This document shows, piece after piece, positions 38,894-51,345 of a DNA stretch of 64,000 nt. Location: positions 10,540,001 to 10,604,000 of the forward strand of contig JBHGNT010000011.1 in the NCBI GenBank assembly GCA_043228905.1. Reading direction: 5' to 3'. Every line of letters begins with the position of its first letter. Position 1 is the first letter of the stretch. Position numbers and translations under genes: made by a program. The notes under the pieces were generated by a model. That model was not told the DNA's origin. It searched no databases and worked only from the letters and a program-made list of their open reading frames with translations. The stretch comes from Azolla caroliniana (Eukaryota; Plantae; Polypodiophyta).

Positions 38894-40579
38894 TGTCGCT
38901 GTTCCCCGACATCCTAACTGGGAAGAGATACGCTCCCTCAGGCAGGTGAGCTGCTTCGTTCTAATCCAGGTACCGTTCCGTATCCGATACGTGACCAGGG
39001 AATGAACCGGCATAGCTATCCAGACAATGACACGGTCCTCCCTTCCTCCCTATTCTGATTGCTTGATCCAAGATCCCGGTGGTCCCGTCTTATTTCTACA
39101 CATCCACGCGGAAATTCGCGACATTCCAGTGTATTATTGTATGAGGCAGATGATGCTCTAGAGGCTAAGACTGTCATCAACAGGCATCTAATATCTGTCT
39201 CGCCTTTTCAACAACCTCGAAAGCAAATGCGTGCAACTCAAGTATGGAAAACAGTATCCACGATTACATTATGGACCTTATGGAAGTATTGATGTAAAAG
39301 AGGATATGATTCCATAGTACCCCTTCTCTCAAATATATTGCTAGAATTATGGGACAACCTACTAGTGGTAGTGCGTGGGTAGTATGACAATATGTCGGGC
39401 CCTTCGAAGGTTGTTCTTAAGAAAAGGAAAAAATCACTGCAATTATGGAGGAAGTTGCCTCTATTCACGATCTCCTCTCAAGGACCAATCTGGAAATATC
39501 ATCATCCCTGGCCCTTCCCCTGATTATCCTTTTTGTATATCATACTCTCTAAATTGTATAGTTTGTAGCCTTATGGCGTTTTTTCTTAATACTAATGAAG
39601 GAAATCTTTTTGGAAAAAAAAAAATCGCGACATTGGTGAACCCGACGTGAAAAGGGCAATAGAGGAGTCCGAAAATGAGAGGAAGTGAACTCGTGGAAGC
39701 CATGGCGGCGGCTGTTGATCGTCTGGTGAATGCTCGAGAGGGCACAGGCGCCCTGGACAGAGCTGTTGAATCGATAGTCGCCGTGATAGGCCGTTTCAAT
39801 AGCAAAGATGCAACTAGCTATCTGGAGGCCTACCGGGCCAAGATGGTGATGGGGAACATATCGGAGGACAGACGGCTGGCCGAATTCCCTCGAGTCGTTG
39901 CACCAAGCATCCACGCCGAGGTGCTCGAGGTGCGAGTAGACTACCGTAATTGGGCAGAATTTGAGGGGCAGCTCTTCGAAAGGTACGGTTTCAACGACTC
40001 ACTCCAGTTGTCGAGGGAGGACTTTATGGATTGGGTCGAGAGCCCCGACAAGGGACGGAATACATCGGCCCTGCTTTACGAGTTCGAAAAGCGGTTCGCG
40101 CGGCTCTTGATGCTAGACTGGATCGTGCTCGATACGAGCAAGGTCTTACTGTTTGTGATGCCAGTCGATGTGCTCACGGTCGACTGGGCCATGGTCCAAA
40201 GAGTTTGCGGTTGTTTCAACAAACGGCGCGATTGGAACGACGCGAGGTCCTCGATGACCCGCGCGGGTGCCAGGAGGAAGACGGAGGAACCGGTTCTGAC
40301 GAGAGCAGACAAAACGAGACAGTGGCTCCAGGCGGGCAAGGGGCTGACCAATGTGATCGCAGGACCGTCCGGGGGCGCATGGGTCCAATGTGATAAACCC
40401 GAAACCCGAAACCTTAAACAACCCTAAACCCATTTCATATCTGATACGCAATCGGGAACCAAACCGGCGAAGCTATCTAGACAGTGACACGGTCCTCCCT
40501 TCCCCCTATTCTAACTCCTTGGTCCGAGATACTGGAGCTCCCATCCTATTTCTACGCATCCACGCGGAAATTCGTGGCA
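38894..40579 (+). mobile_element. Degenerate gag-only LTR element with PBS-Trp (short LTR 38894-39123; diverged LTR-like copy about 40389-40579)
   Basis: TGTCGC...GCGACA termini; PBS TGGTGAACCCGACGTGA at 39634; gag ORF 39675-40427 homologous to 7958-9694; shared block GACACGGTCCTCCCTTCC...CACGCGGAAATTCG. Confidence 0.7.
39126..39624 (+). mobile_element. 5'-truncated LINE insertion with poly(A) and 10-bp TSD
   Basis: A-tract 39614-39624; TSD TCGCGACATT at 39116-39125 and 39625-39634; VWKTVSTITLWTLWK resembles the L1 ORF2 C-terminal W..W motif. Confidence 0.8.
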
Positions 40580-41626
40580 ACGTGTGCAAGCTTCTGCACT
40601 TGAAAAGTTAAATCTGGCCGACAACGATACCGAACAACGCAAGATGCTAATCACAAAGGAAATGTAGTCCGACAAAAAGACAAAGCTCAAAGAATTGCAA
40701 TGGCAATACAAATATGTGTTTCCATGATCATTTGAGGACATGCAGGTATTTGATCCGGTGTTTAGTTGGTACTAGATTAATTTAAATAAGATGCAAAGCG
40801 GGTGCGACAAAGGAGGTATCATCTAAACCCGAATTATGCAGTTAAAGTAAAAGAAGAAATTGACAAACTGCTACGAGTCGGTTTTATTCAGCCAGTTAAA
40901 AGGGCTACTTGGCTCAACCCAACAGGTGTAGTACCCATAAAGAATGATAAAATTAGAGTATTTGTGGACTACCGAAAACTAAATGTGGCCACGATACCGG
41001 ATGCATTTTCGTTACCATTTACAAACCGAGTGTTGGATGCAGTCTTAGGTCATGAAATTTATAGTTTCCTTGATGGATTCAATGGATATAACCAAGTTCA
41101 AATGCACCTTGATGATCAAGAAAATACAGCTTTTGTCATTGAATGGGGAGTATTTGTGGCATTAGTAATGATGTTTGGTTTGAAGACAACCCCAACAACA
41201 TTTCAAAGAGTCATCCAAGAGATTTTTTGCATATTATATACCAGCATTTATGCAAGTATTTCTAGATGATTTTGCAGTGTACATTAGACGAATCGACTAT
41301 TTCGAGCATCTAAAATTATGTCTAGAGAAGTGTCGACATGGAAGATTGAGTTTAAATCCAGCCAAATGTGCATTTGGTGTGACAAGTGGAACGTTGTTAG
41401 GCCATATTATCAGCCATGAGGGAATTGTTGTCAACCCCGACCAAGTGAAAGCAATGATCGAAGCACCTCCACCAACAAATGCTAAAGCATTGTGCCATTT
41501 TCTAGACCAAATTAGATGGCACAACTGAATGATCAAATATTTAGCAGATGTAGCAATACCTTTCCACACGGCGGTGCATAAGACACCATTTCAATGGTCC
41601 ACAGTCGAACAAGAGGCTTACGACTA

Positions 41627-44600
41627 TGTAAAGAATCGGATATGATTCTTTTGAAGCGGAAGAGATGTGAGTTATGTGTGTGTGTGTGAGAGTGAGAGAG
41701 AGAGAGAGAGACAAGGAATAATACACAGAGAATACGCAAGGTAAAAGTATATTAACAAAGGAGAAAGACTCAACTAAATACAAGGTGGGAGGAAGGTGCT
41801 TTATATAGTCACCCTCTCTCTTCATTAACTACAAGACTCATGGAGCATGAGGAATGTGAAAGCTCATAAGTTATGTGTCATAGAATATGATTCTATGACT
41901 CATACTAAATGCTAGAATATAATGAGGTGACATAATGGTGACTCTTGACCGTTGGAGTGTCTATTCACTCTCAAGGTGAGTTCACACACTAGACCAAGTT
42001 GAGCTTGATTCTCAACATGCCCCCTCAAGCTCAAGTCGGGTCAGTTTCACACGGTATCCGAAATCCGCTTCGACTCGCGTTCCAGAGTCCGCGTCGACTC
42101 ACGTTTATGCGGAGTTGCGGAATTTGTGCTCCAACTTGCGTTGTGCGTAGTTGCGAAGTCTGTGCTTCGGCTTGCGTCTTTCTTCGTGGCTTTGCGCGGT
42201 AGATCGGCTCTTCGCAGCTTCGTTGTGTGGTTGCGGAATCCACGCATTATTGCATAGTGCGCGGTTGCGGAATCTACGCGTTATTGCGTAGTGTCTTGCG
42301 TAGTTGCGGAATCCACGCGTTATTGCGTAGCGTCTTCAGTACTCCCCCTCAAGCTTGGCAAGTCAGGGATCATCAATCCGAGATCGGTCATGAATTGCCA
42401 TAGCTTGTCGGCTCCTAAGGCTTTAGTGAAGATGTCGACCGTTTGAAGATTGGTGCTAATGTGTTGTAGGTCGACATTGCTAGCTAGAACGCGCTCTCGG
42501 ATGAAGTGATAGTGCACTTCGATGTGCTTTGTCCGCGCGTGGAACACCGGGTTCCGAGCCAGATAAATATTGCTCATGTTGTCGCAGTAAAGGGAAGTCA
42601 GATCCTTGATGGGTACGCCCAGATCCTTGAGTATCCTTTTGAGCCATACGGCTTCACATGCGGCCACTGCCGCGCTCCTATATTCTACCTCTGTGCTCGA
42701 AAGAGCGACGATTGGTTGCTTTTTGCTGCTCTAGGATATTGCTCCGCTGCCGAGGGAGAAAACAAATCCGGAGGTTATTCTTCTATCGGCTTTGTAGCCA
42801 GCCCAATTGGCGTCTGTGTACCCCTCGAGTCATATGGGCATCGCAGTCTTGTAGAGGATCCCGCAATCCATTGTGCCGCTCACGTATCGTAGAACTCGCT
42901 TAGCGCAATCCAAGTGAGTATCATGCGGTGTTTGCATGAATTGACTAAGGAGACCGACCGGATAGCTGAGATCAGGTCGAGTGATCATGAGGTAGATGAG
43001 ACTCCCGATTAGTTGCCGATATTGAGTCGGCTCACACGCTTTGGTGCCAGAGTTCGCATCTAGTTTGAGATTGCGATCGAGTGGGGTTGCCGCGGATTTG
43101 CACTCAGCCATCCCGAACTTGTATAACAAGTTGAGGATGTAGTGCCGTTGAGAGATCATGATTCTGGTCGGAGTCCGAATTACCTCTATGCCGAGGAAGT
43201 AGTGGAGCTCCTTCATGTACGTCATCTCGAACTTGTCCGAAAGGAGGGATTTGACCTTATTGATTTTGATGAGATGCTCACCTCCAATGACTAGGTCATC
43301 CACATATAAGATGATGACGATCAGACTTGTGGATTTGCTTCATATGTAGAGGGAGTTGTCCGATTTTGACATACGGAAGCCGATTTGATGAAGATATTGC
43401 GTTATCTTCGAATGCCAAGCACGCGGTGCTTGCTTGAGGCCATAGAGTAGCTTCTTGAGTCGGCATACAGCTTTCGGATGGGTGCTCGAGTTGAAGCCGA
43501 GTGGTTGTATCATGTACACCTCCTCTTCTAATTCGCCTTGTAGAAAGGCGTTCTTGACGTCCATTTGATGGAGGTGCCACCCTTTCGCCGCGACAAGCGC
43601 AATTACGGTTCGTACCGTCGTCATCTTTGCCACCGGGGCAAAGGTCTCTTCGTAGTCAATTCCATGCATTTGTGCGTAGCCTTTCACTATGAGTCACGCT
43701 TTGTAGCGATTGACGGAACCGTCGGCATTGTACTTCACTTTGCAAATACATCTGCATTCGATCACCTTTTTGTGTGGTGAGGTGGGAACGAGATCCCACG
43801 CCTCGTTCTTCCGTAGTGCCTGCTTCGATCCATCGCAGGTCCTTCGCGGCTTCGGAAAAGGTTTCAGGCTCCCGTACTATCGCTACTTTCATCATAAAGG
43901 CATAGTGATATGCCATGTAGTCGTTGTAGCCGAATCGGCTGACCAGATTCTTTTCACGGGTGGAGCGACGGAGCTTTTCATTTGCAGAGATGAGGGCTTT
44001 CTTAGCTCTGATTGGTACATTGAAGCCGCCAAACTCACTATCGAGTGAATGAGTCGACTCATCGTTGTCGAAGCGATCGTCTTCGTATTCCGCCATTTTC
44101 GCCTTGCCTTTGTCCATCTTCGAGCTAGGCCGTGATGTGCTTTGATCGCTCAAAGGCTCTTGTGGTCCGCTCAATCAGGTCGTGATCGGACTTTCTTCGA
44201 ACATGTGTGTAAGGTGATCTTCATCCTCTATCTCTTGTTCAGAGGATTCTGGGTTGAGCGGAGTCGGAGTCAAAGTTGTCTCTGGTGCGTACCAAGATGC
44301 GGACTCGTCAAAAATTACATCTCGACTTACTCAAGATTTCCGAGTTGAGGGGTTGTAGCACTTGTACCCCTTTTGCTCCAGTCAGTATCCTACGAGGATA
44401 CATTTCTTCGACTTCGGGTCAAACTTTTGATGCTTCTCGTTGAGGATGTGCACGTACGCTATCGCGCCGAATATCCGAGTGTGTGATAAGTCCAGCTTCT
44501 TTCCGAAGTATTTTTCGTGCAGAGTGACCTCGTGCACTTCGGATGTTGTGCACCAGTTCATTAGGTAGGCGGTCGTATTTGCAGCTTTGGCCTAATATGA

Positions 44601-47166
44601 CTTGGGCATATGCTTCTCGTTCATCATGGCCCGCGCCACTTCGAGGATGTGCCGATTTTTGCGCTCGTCTACTCTGTTTTGTTGCGGAGTGTGTGGACAA
44701 GTGAATTCTCGCCGAATTGCTTCCTTTCGGAGATACGCCATGAAATAATCCGAGAAGTACTCCTTGCCGCCATCCGATCGGAGACATCTTACATGTCGAC
44801 CCATGGCTTTCTCGACTTCATTCTTGAATTTTTGGAAGTCTTCGAACACTTCGCTCTTTTGCCGCATCGGATAGATCCAAGTGTGCCTAGAAAAGTCGTC
44901 GATGAAGAGCACGTAATATCGGCATCCGCCGAATGTAGCCGTCTGCGCCAGTCCCCATACGTCGGAATGGACTACATCGAGTAGACCTTTGCTCACGTTC
45001 CGCTCTTTCGGGAATGGGTGTCGGTGTTGCTTGCCGAATTGGCACGTTTCGCATACACCTTCAATCTCCTTCTCTTTGAATGTCAGGAGTCCGATGAAGA
45101 CTCCTTTCGATTTCATTGCTTCGAGTTTGTTGAGATTGATGTGGCTGATTCTCTTATGCCATAGCTCTATGTCGGAGTCGGCTTTCATGCCCTTTGCGAA
45201 CATGGCCGATTTCATCTCGTGTGAGTCGAGAATGAACATTCGGCCCTCTCTTCGTCCGCGTGCGATGAGTCGGCCCTCTTTTTCGATGAAGCAACTGCCT
45301 TGATTAAATCGAACTTGCATCCCTTGCTCTACAATTTGGCCAACGGAGACCAAATTCTTCGTAATGGTCGGTACATGCAAGACATTTTTAATGTAATTTT
45401 GCTTACCTTCTTTTCCGAACGGAACATTGCCGATGTGCCGAATCAGGTGCGTAGTGTCATCTCCGGTTTCAACATAACCGGGTCGCTCCGGCTCTCGAAG
45501 TTCGAGAAACCATTCTTTATGAGATGTCATATGGTTTGAGGCTCTGGAGTCAACAAACCATACGTCCTCCAGATTGAGGGCACTAGTTGAGGTAGAGGCC
45601 GACATAGAGTTTGCTCTATGTTTAATCATGAACATTCCGCCACGGTCGGAGTTGTATGCGTACATTCCGCCACGATCCTGGTAGTCGGAGTTGTGCCCGT
45701 ACATTCCGCTATACTCTTCGTAGTCGGAATTGTGCGTGTAATTCGTGAGTTGTCGGCTTGTGGAAGCCGATTCACGCATCTTCTTTCAGCACTCTTCTTC
45801 GTGGTGGTCGAGCTTTCTGCAATATCCGCATTCGGTTGCGTTTTGACGGCTCGGGCTGGAGTAGAAGCTCCCCCTTCTTGCGAAGGTTCCCCGTTGGCTT
45901 TCGTTTTGCGGCCGAAATTGGGATTTATTATCATAGGTCGGAACTCGTCCGCCTTGTCCTTGGCCGAATCGGCCTCTTAGCCGTTCGCGTCCTCTTCCTC
46001 CATTCGAATGCGTGTAGAGCATGTGGCCTTCCAACTCATTGCTCCTTGTATGCATGTGGGTTTCTTCGACCAATAGCATTGATTGGAGCTCGAAGAAGGA
46101 GGGAGATTTCTCGCCATGCTAGAACGGTGGTTCGCATCGCGTCGAACCGTGGTGCGAGGCCGCCGAGGCATATTTGAACCATCTCATCATCATCGATATT
46201 TATGCTTATTGAGCCGAGCGAATCGCAAAGCTCCTTGATCTTCGAGGTGTATGTCGTGATGGACATGTCCCTTTGTTGAATGTTGTTCAACTCTTGGCGG
46301 AGTTGAAGCCTTCTTGCGGTTGTGTTCGCCGCAAAAATCTTTCGTAGATTTTCCCATGCCTCCTTCGGCATCTTCGCTTCGCGAATGTAGCCAAGCATGT
46401 GATCGTGAACACATGTCACCAAGCAATACATCACGAGGCTTGCGGCTTGCTCCCATGTCGCATATCCGGGAGCCGCTTCGGTGGGTCGGTCTTCATGCGC
46501 TCCTTTGATGTAGCTCCAATAGCCTTGTCCGACAAGGTATTGGTGCATCTTGTACTCCCAAGATGCGAAGTTGTTTCGATCCAACTTCTCGGTAGGGAGA
46601 GCGCTCCCCATTTGAGTATTCATTATGTCGATTCTTCTTCTCTCTTCGAATGCGAGCTATGTAGCGAAGCTACAATAGCGATGAGCCGGTTCTTGGTCGT
46701 CGGCGTGGAGCACAACACACGATCACGATGAGGCGAACGGGCTAGATCGTGCTACCAAATCGCTCTGATACCATGTAAAGAATCGGATATGATTCTTTTG
46801 AAGTGGAAGAGATGTGAGTTATGTGTGTGTATGAGAGAGAGTGTGCGTGAGAGAGAGAGACAAGGAATAATACACAGAGAATACGCAAGGTAAAAGTATA
46901 TTAACAAAGGAGAAAGACTCAACTAAATACAAGGTGGGGGGAAGGTGCTTTATATAGTCACCCTCTCTCTTCATTAACTACAAGACTCATGGAGCATGGG
47001 GAATGTGAAAGATCATAAGTTATGTGTCATAGAATATGATTTTATGACTCATACTAAATGCTAGAATACAAAGAGGTGACATAATGGTGACTCTTGATCA
47101 TTGGAGTGTCTATTCACTCTCAAGGTGAGTTCACACACTAGACCAAGTTGAGCTTGATTCTCAACA
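41627..47166 (-). mobile_element. Full-length Ty1/copia element (LTRs 41627-42017 and 46774-47166), disrupted
   Basis: TG...CA LTR pair with scattered differences; PBS-Met 46761-46773; PPT TTGAGGGGGCA; gag-PR-INT-RT-RH fragments; TSD decayed (GACTA/GAATG). Confidence 0.95.
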
Positions 47167-48034
47167 GAATGTTTAAAGAAAATGCTCACCAAGGTACCCG
47201 TCATCCAACCACTTGATTGGGCAAAGGATTTTCATGTTTTTGTTGATGCATCGAATATAGGAATTGGCAGTGCTTTAATGCAACTATCAGAGCCAAACTG
47301 GTATAGACCAATCTACTATGCAAGTCAGAAGCTGTCGACTGCCAAGCGTAACTATTCGACAACAGAAAGGGAGGCTCTAAGTATGATTTATAATGTAAAT
47401 AAATTCGGACATTATTTACTTGGTCGAAAATTCACTTTCCACGTCAACCATTCTGCTTTACTATACTTGGTATCAAAACAATCCCTGACCGATAAGCTTG
47501 CAAGATGGACTCTTCTCTTAAAAGAATTTGAATTCAACACCATCCAACGACTAGGGCTACAACATGCGGTAGCCAACTATTTAAGTCGAATTGATTTAGG
47601 AGAACCTGGTATCGGTGTTCAACATGATTTTCCGGATGCACAGTTGTTCCGAGTGGAGGCTGATAACACAACAGAGGTCAATGACGACACAACAGACTTA
47701 TGGATCATGGAAATGACTATATTCCTTAGTACTGGATTATCACCGAAAGGAATGACACCGGATGAACGTAAACGACTAGCAATTAGGAGCCGGAACTTCT
47801 GTTGACTTAAAGAAACTTTATACCATAAAGGAGCAGATGGAATATGGCAAAGCGGCTTCCGGTTTGTAGTACAAAACGGTGCCATCCGCACCTGTTCGGG
47901 ATCGGTCCGGATCCGGAACGGCATACCGATTACAGTCCGTCCGTCCACACTAATAGCTTACTTACAACCATTCCTTAATAATTAAATAACTCCATCGTTT
48001 CACACTCTGGACTCCTATGTCGGCCGGTAACACA

Positions 48035-48051
48035 TGGCACGCCCGTGGGAC
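48035..48051 (+). other. Opposite-strand PBS-like site (TGGCACGCCCGTGGGAC) at the expected PPT position
   Basis: Starts 2 nt inside the LTR end (48032); homolog GTCCCACGGGCATGCCA at 59884-59900, 2 nt before the LTR at 59903. Confidence 0.8.
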
Positions 48052-48087
48052 AGTACCTTGTACGTCGAATCCACCATCCGACCCTTG

Positions 48088-50889
48088 CTATTCTTCGTCC
48101 AAAATATCCAGAATGCTTTGTTCGAGAGTCTCCAATGGTTCATCTGGAACTGGTTGTTGTTGTTGTTGTTGTGGTTGTGGTTGCTGCTCCGTTGATGGCT
48201 GCTGCGACTGGTCCGTTGGTGGCTGCTGCGGCTGGTCCTCTGTTTGTTGCTCTGACACCGGCGTTTTCGTCGTTGCTCCCTCTGTCGTAGTGGTCTCCGA
48301 TTGACTGGTTCCGGCCTGACCCTCGTCCGGCGACGGTTCCTCATCACTAAGGTTAACCGTTGCCGCTTCCCGTGCTTTTTCTTCCCGAACCCGGGACCGC
48401 TCGTAGCTCTCAAACTGGATTTGAGCGTCCAGCCTATCATCGTCTAGCTGAGCTACGAGTTGCCGGACCTACTCCAGTTGTTCATCCTCCAAGACTTGGA
48501 AGTCTTTGGCCAGCTCGTCCCGTATGGCAGTGAAGTCCTCGGAAGTCAACGTGTAACAATCATCTCCTTCCTTCCGCCGGTTTTCCATGTCTGCCCGTAG
48601 CAATTGGAGTTCCGCCATATTTTGTGCCCACTTTGTCCACCATCTTACGGAGCTTTCGTCAATCAAGCGTTTTGTCTGATTCAGCCATGCCCGAAGGATG
48701 CACTGAATCCGGCCCGTTCCCATCTGCGATTTGATCTCCGCAGCTTGTCGTTCCTCCTTCAATAGCTTGATGATTTTGACGTTGTCTTCCGCCTGCTCCT
48801 TGTAATGCGTCAATTGCCCTTGATATGTGCTTTGTAATTTTTGCATTACCGTTGTTGCTCTCTCCCTTTCTTCCTGCTGCTGACTCTAGAGCTCCATCCG
48901 GACCTTCTCCGCCTCGTCCAACCGTCTTGTATTTTCCGCTCGTTCGTCGGCGAGCGCCGTCGCGGCCCGATCAACTTCCTGCTGGAGCTCGGCTATCCGT
49001 TCCTTATACTCTGTTTCCAGCCGTTTGTAGTCCCGGTGCAGGTGCTCAAAATCATCTGTCTTTTGCTTGAACCGTACGTTGATCTGTCGACGGGCCCGGT
49101 CCTCGCGGTCCTTCTGCTGGCGGAGCTCCTCCTTTAGCCGTTCAATTTCCGTTTCCGCCGTCTTCCGCAGCTTGTCCTTTTCCTGCAGCACTTTGTCTTT
49201 TTCCTCCCTTAGCCGGTCGTACGCTTGATGGCCTTTCCAGAGGCTCTCCTCTGCCCGGCGGAGGTTCTCAGCAGTCTTCTTTAATTCTGCTTCGGCCACT
49301 ATCTTCAATTCCCGTTCACGGCTCCTTAGCGCTTCTTGTGCGGCAAGTTCATCTCTCAATTCTGCAAGCTCCTGGGCTTGCGCCACATCTCTCTCTGGAA
49401 CGGTTTCCGTTGTCGGGGTCTTATTAGTATGTACAGGTTGGTCTAGTTCTTTATTTTGTACACTTACCGGAGTCATCGGTGCTTGGATTTGTGTTGCCGT
49501 TAAGGCCATTTTGGTCATTTCTACCGTGACCTGATCCAAGTCTTTTTCAAGGCACCGGATTCTGGACTGGGCCATCTCTAGTTGTTCGGTTGTGACGAGC
49601 AACCGTTCTTTTTGCACTCATTCTTCCGCCTCAATATACCCCACTACTCCGGCAATCTGTTCGCCTATCCACCAGAGCCACAGGCTACCGGTGCATTGTT
49701 GTTGCGCTTGCACGGAGGTTTGACGGATGGGCTCGCTTATGGGTGGGTGGTCCCGCCTGATTGCGCCGAGTTGCCATTCCGTTTCTGCTCGTGGACCACC
49801 CTGTTGTCCTGCTTCCCCTTGCGCTTCTTCTTGGTTGGCCGAGGGAGGTTGCAATGACCTTTCCGGCTCTGGCGGAACGGGACTTGCCGATGCTGCCGGT
49901 GGTGCAGGGGCTTCTAATTCCGATGCCATGTGCACCGGTTCCGGTTCCTCCCTTGGCGTGGGAGTCTCAGTATGGGGAGCCGGTGTTCCCTACGTCTGAG
50001 GGTCCGAACGTTTCCCGGCTGCCTCAACGGTCCTTGCCGACGATCGTCGTTGGAGGTGCTCCGTAGGCTCCTCCTCTATTTCCTCTTCCTGAGTCTCGGC
50101 ATTGAGTTTCGCCACCAAGGGGTCCGCTTCTCTATTCACCGGTCGACGGAGTGTAATCTTTACGGGCCGTACCGGTGGTTCCTCCTGCGCATCCGTTGGC
50201 CGCTTCCAGCTGGCGCTCTCCTTTCCTGCCTGTTCTGCGTCCGCCGCCTTCCCCTTAGTGGCCTTAGAGGCCAACAACTGTTGTCTTTTGGAAGCAGTCC
50301 TTGGGGTGCCGTTCACCACTCTTCCCCGCTTCTTGGGTTGGACGGGTTGGACGGGTGGCACAAGCAAGGTGAGTCACTGTGTTACTGCGTGCCATATCTT
50401 CTGTCCGTCTCGGCCTTCTTTGTCGTCTTTTCCTCTGACGATCTCGATCGCCGCACACAAACCGTTTGCGATCAATACCGGCCAATCCACCTTGATCCCT
50501 TCATAGGTGGCGATGATCATCCCTGCCCGGTTCTGCGGCATGACAGGGGGTCTAGGGTACACATGGCCGTATTCGTGGAGCACATGGGCAATCTCACGGA
50601 ACAACATATCTCCGCCGCCCTGTGTCCGGTAGCCCTTGCTGACTAGGGAGTACTCACCAAAATACTTGATGAGTTGCTCCGAGGTCGGATTGTCGATCGT
50701 GAATATGCCTCCCTCCGGAAGGCCTGTTAACGCACGGATTGTCTCCTCCATTATGACCTCTGTGTCGATTTCTTTGATCACCTTGTCGGCTTCTTTGTGT
50801 GGCAGTGCCTCCATAATCGTCAAGAAGCCCTCGAGCCTATGTTGCTTTAGCCATTTCTTGGCGGCTTCCGACAACGTTTGCGGGTCCAT
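48088..50889 (-). pseudogene. Extra 3' ORF of the gypsy element, about 930 codons with five in-frame stops (globular N-domain, low-complexity linker, long coiled coil)
   Basis: Track ORFs 50374-51183, 49990-50367, 49618-49935, 48886-49617 and 48469-48846 share one frame, which ends ILDILDEE-stop at 48088; homolog at 58140-59790. Confidence 0.8.
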
Positions 50890-51345
50890 GTCTGTGTCGA
50901 GGTCGGATTGTGGTGGCGAGGTTGGATGGTGATGAGAGTGAGAGTGAGAGAGAGAGAGTTCAGAAAGCGGGGGTTCTCTGTGCGTAGGTTCTCGTCTGAT
51001 GATCTTCCAACGTCTTGGTGCTTTTGTGCTCCTAGGTTTGCGAAAGTAGAAGGTCTCCATGCACTGTGGTTTTTCTCTGTGCATTCTAGCGCCTTTTTCG
51101 AGCGTGTGCACGTCGTGTCCTAAAATAGCATTATGTCCTATGGCGGCGCTTAAATGCCCACTATGTACCTTTTCGCTCCTCACTCTCTCGTTCGTTCATA
51201 CCTCGCTTTTGCATGATTACTTCGTTGTTTGTTTGTTGTTTTTTTTTTTTTTTTTTTTTAAATGTAGTGTGAGGTTACTTGTCCGTTGGTCCTATCAGAC
51301 CCTTACCGGCCTCATTACGGTTTGCCGTCACCTCATTCTCCCCAG

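Noticed and set aside
42040-42330. Short direct repeats (TGCGGAATCCACGCGTTATTGCGTAG) resembling a CRISPR-like array
   Set aside because: Near-contiguous tandem units in a copia 3' region, with no unique spacers and no cas genes, in a eukaryotic context.
48088-50889. env gene
   Set aside because: No signal peptide or transmembrane helix visible; the ORF is dominated by coiled coil.
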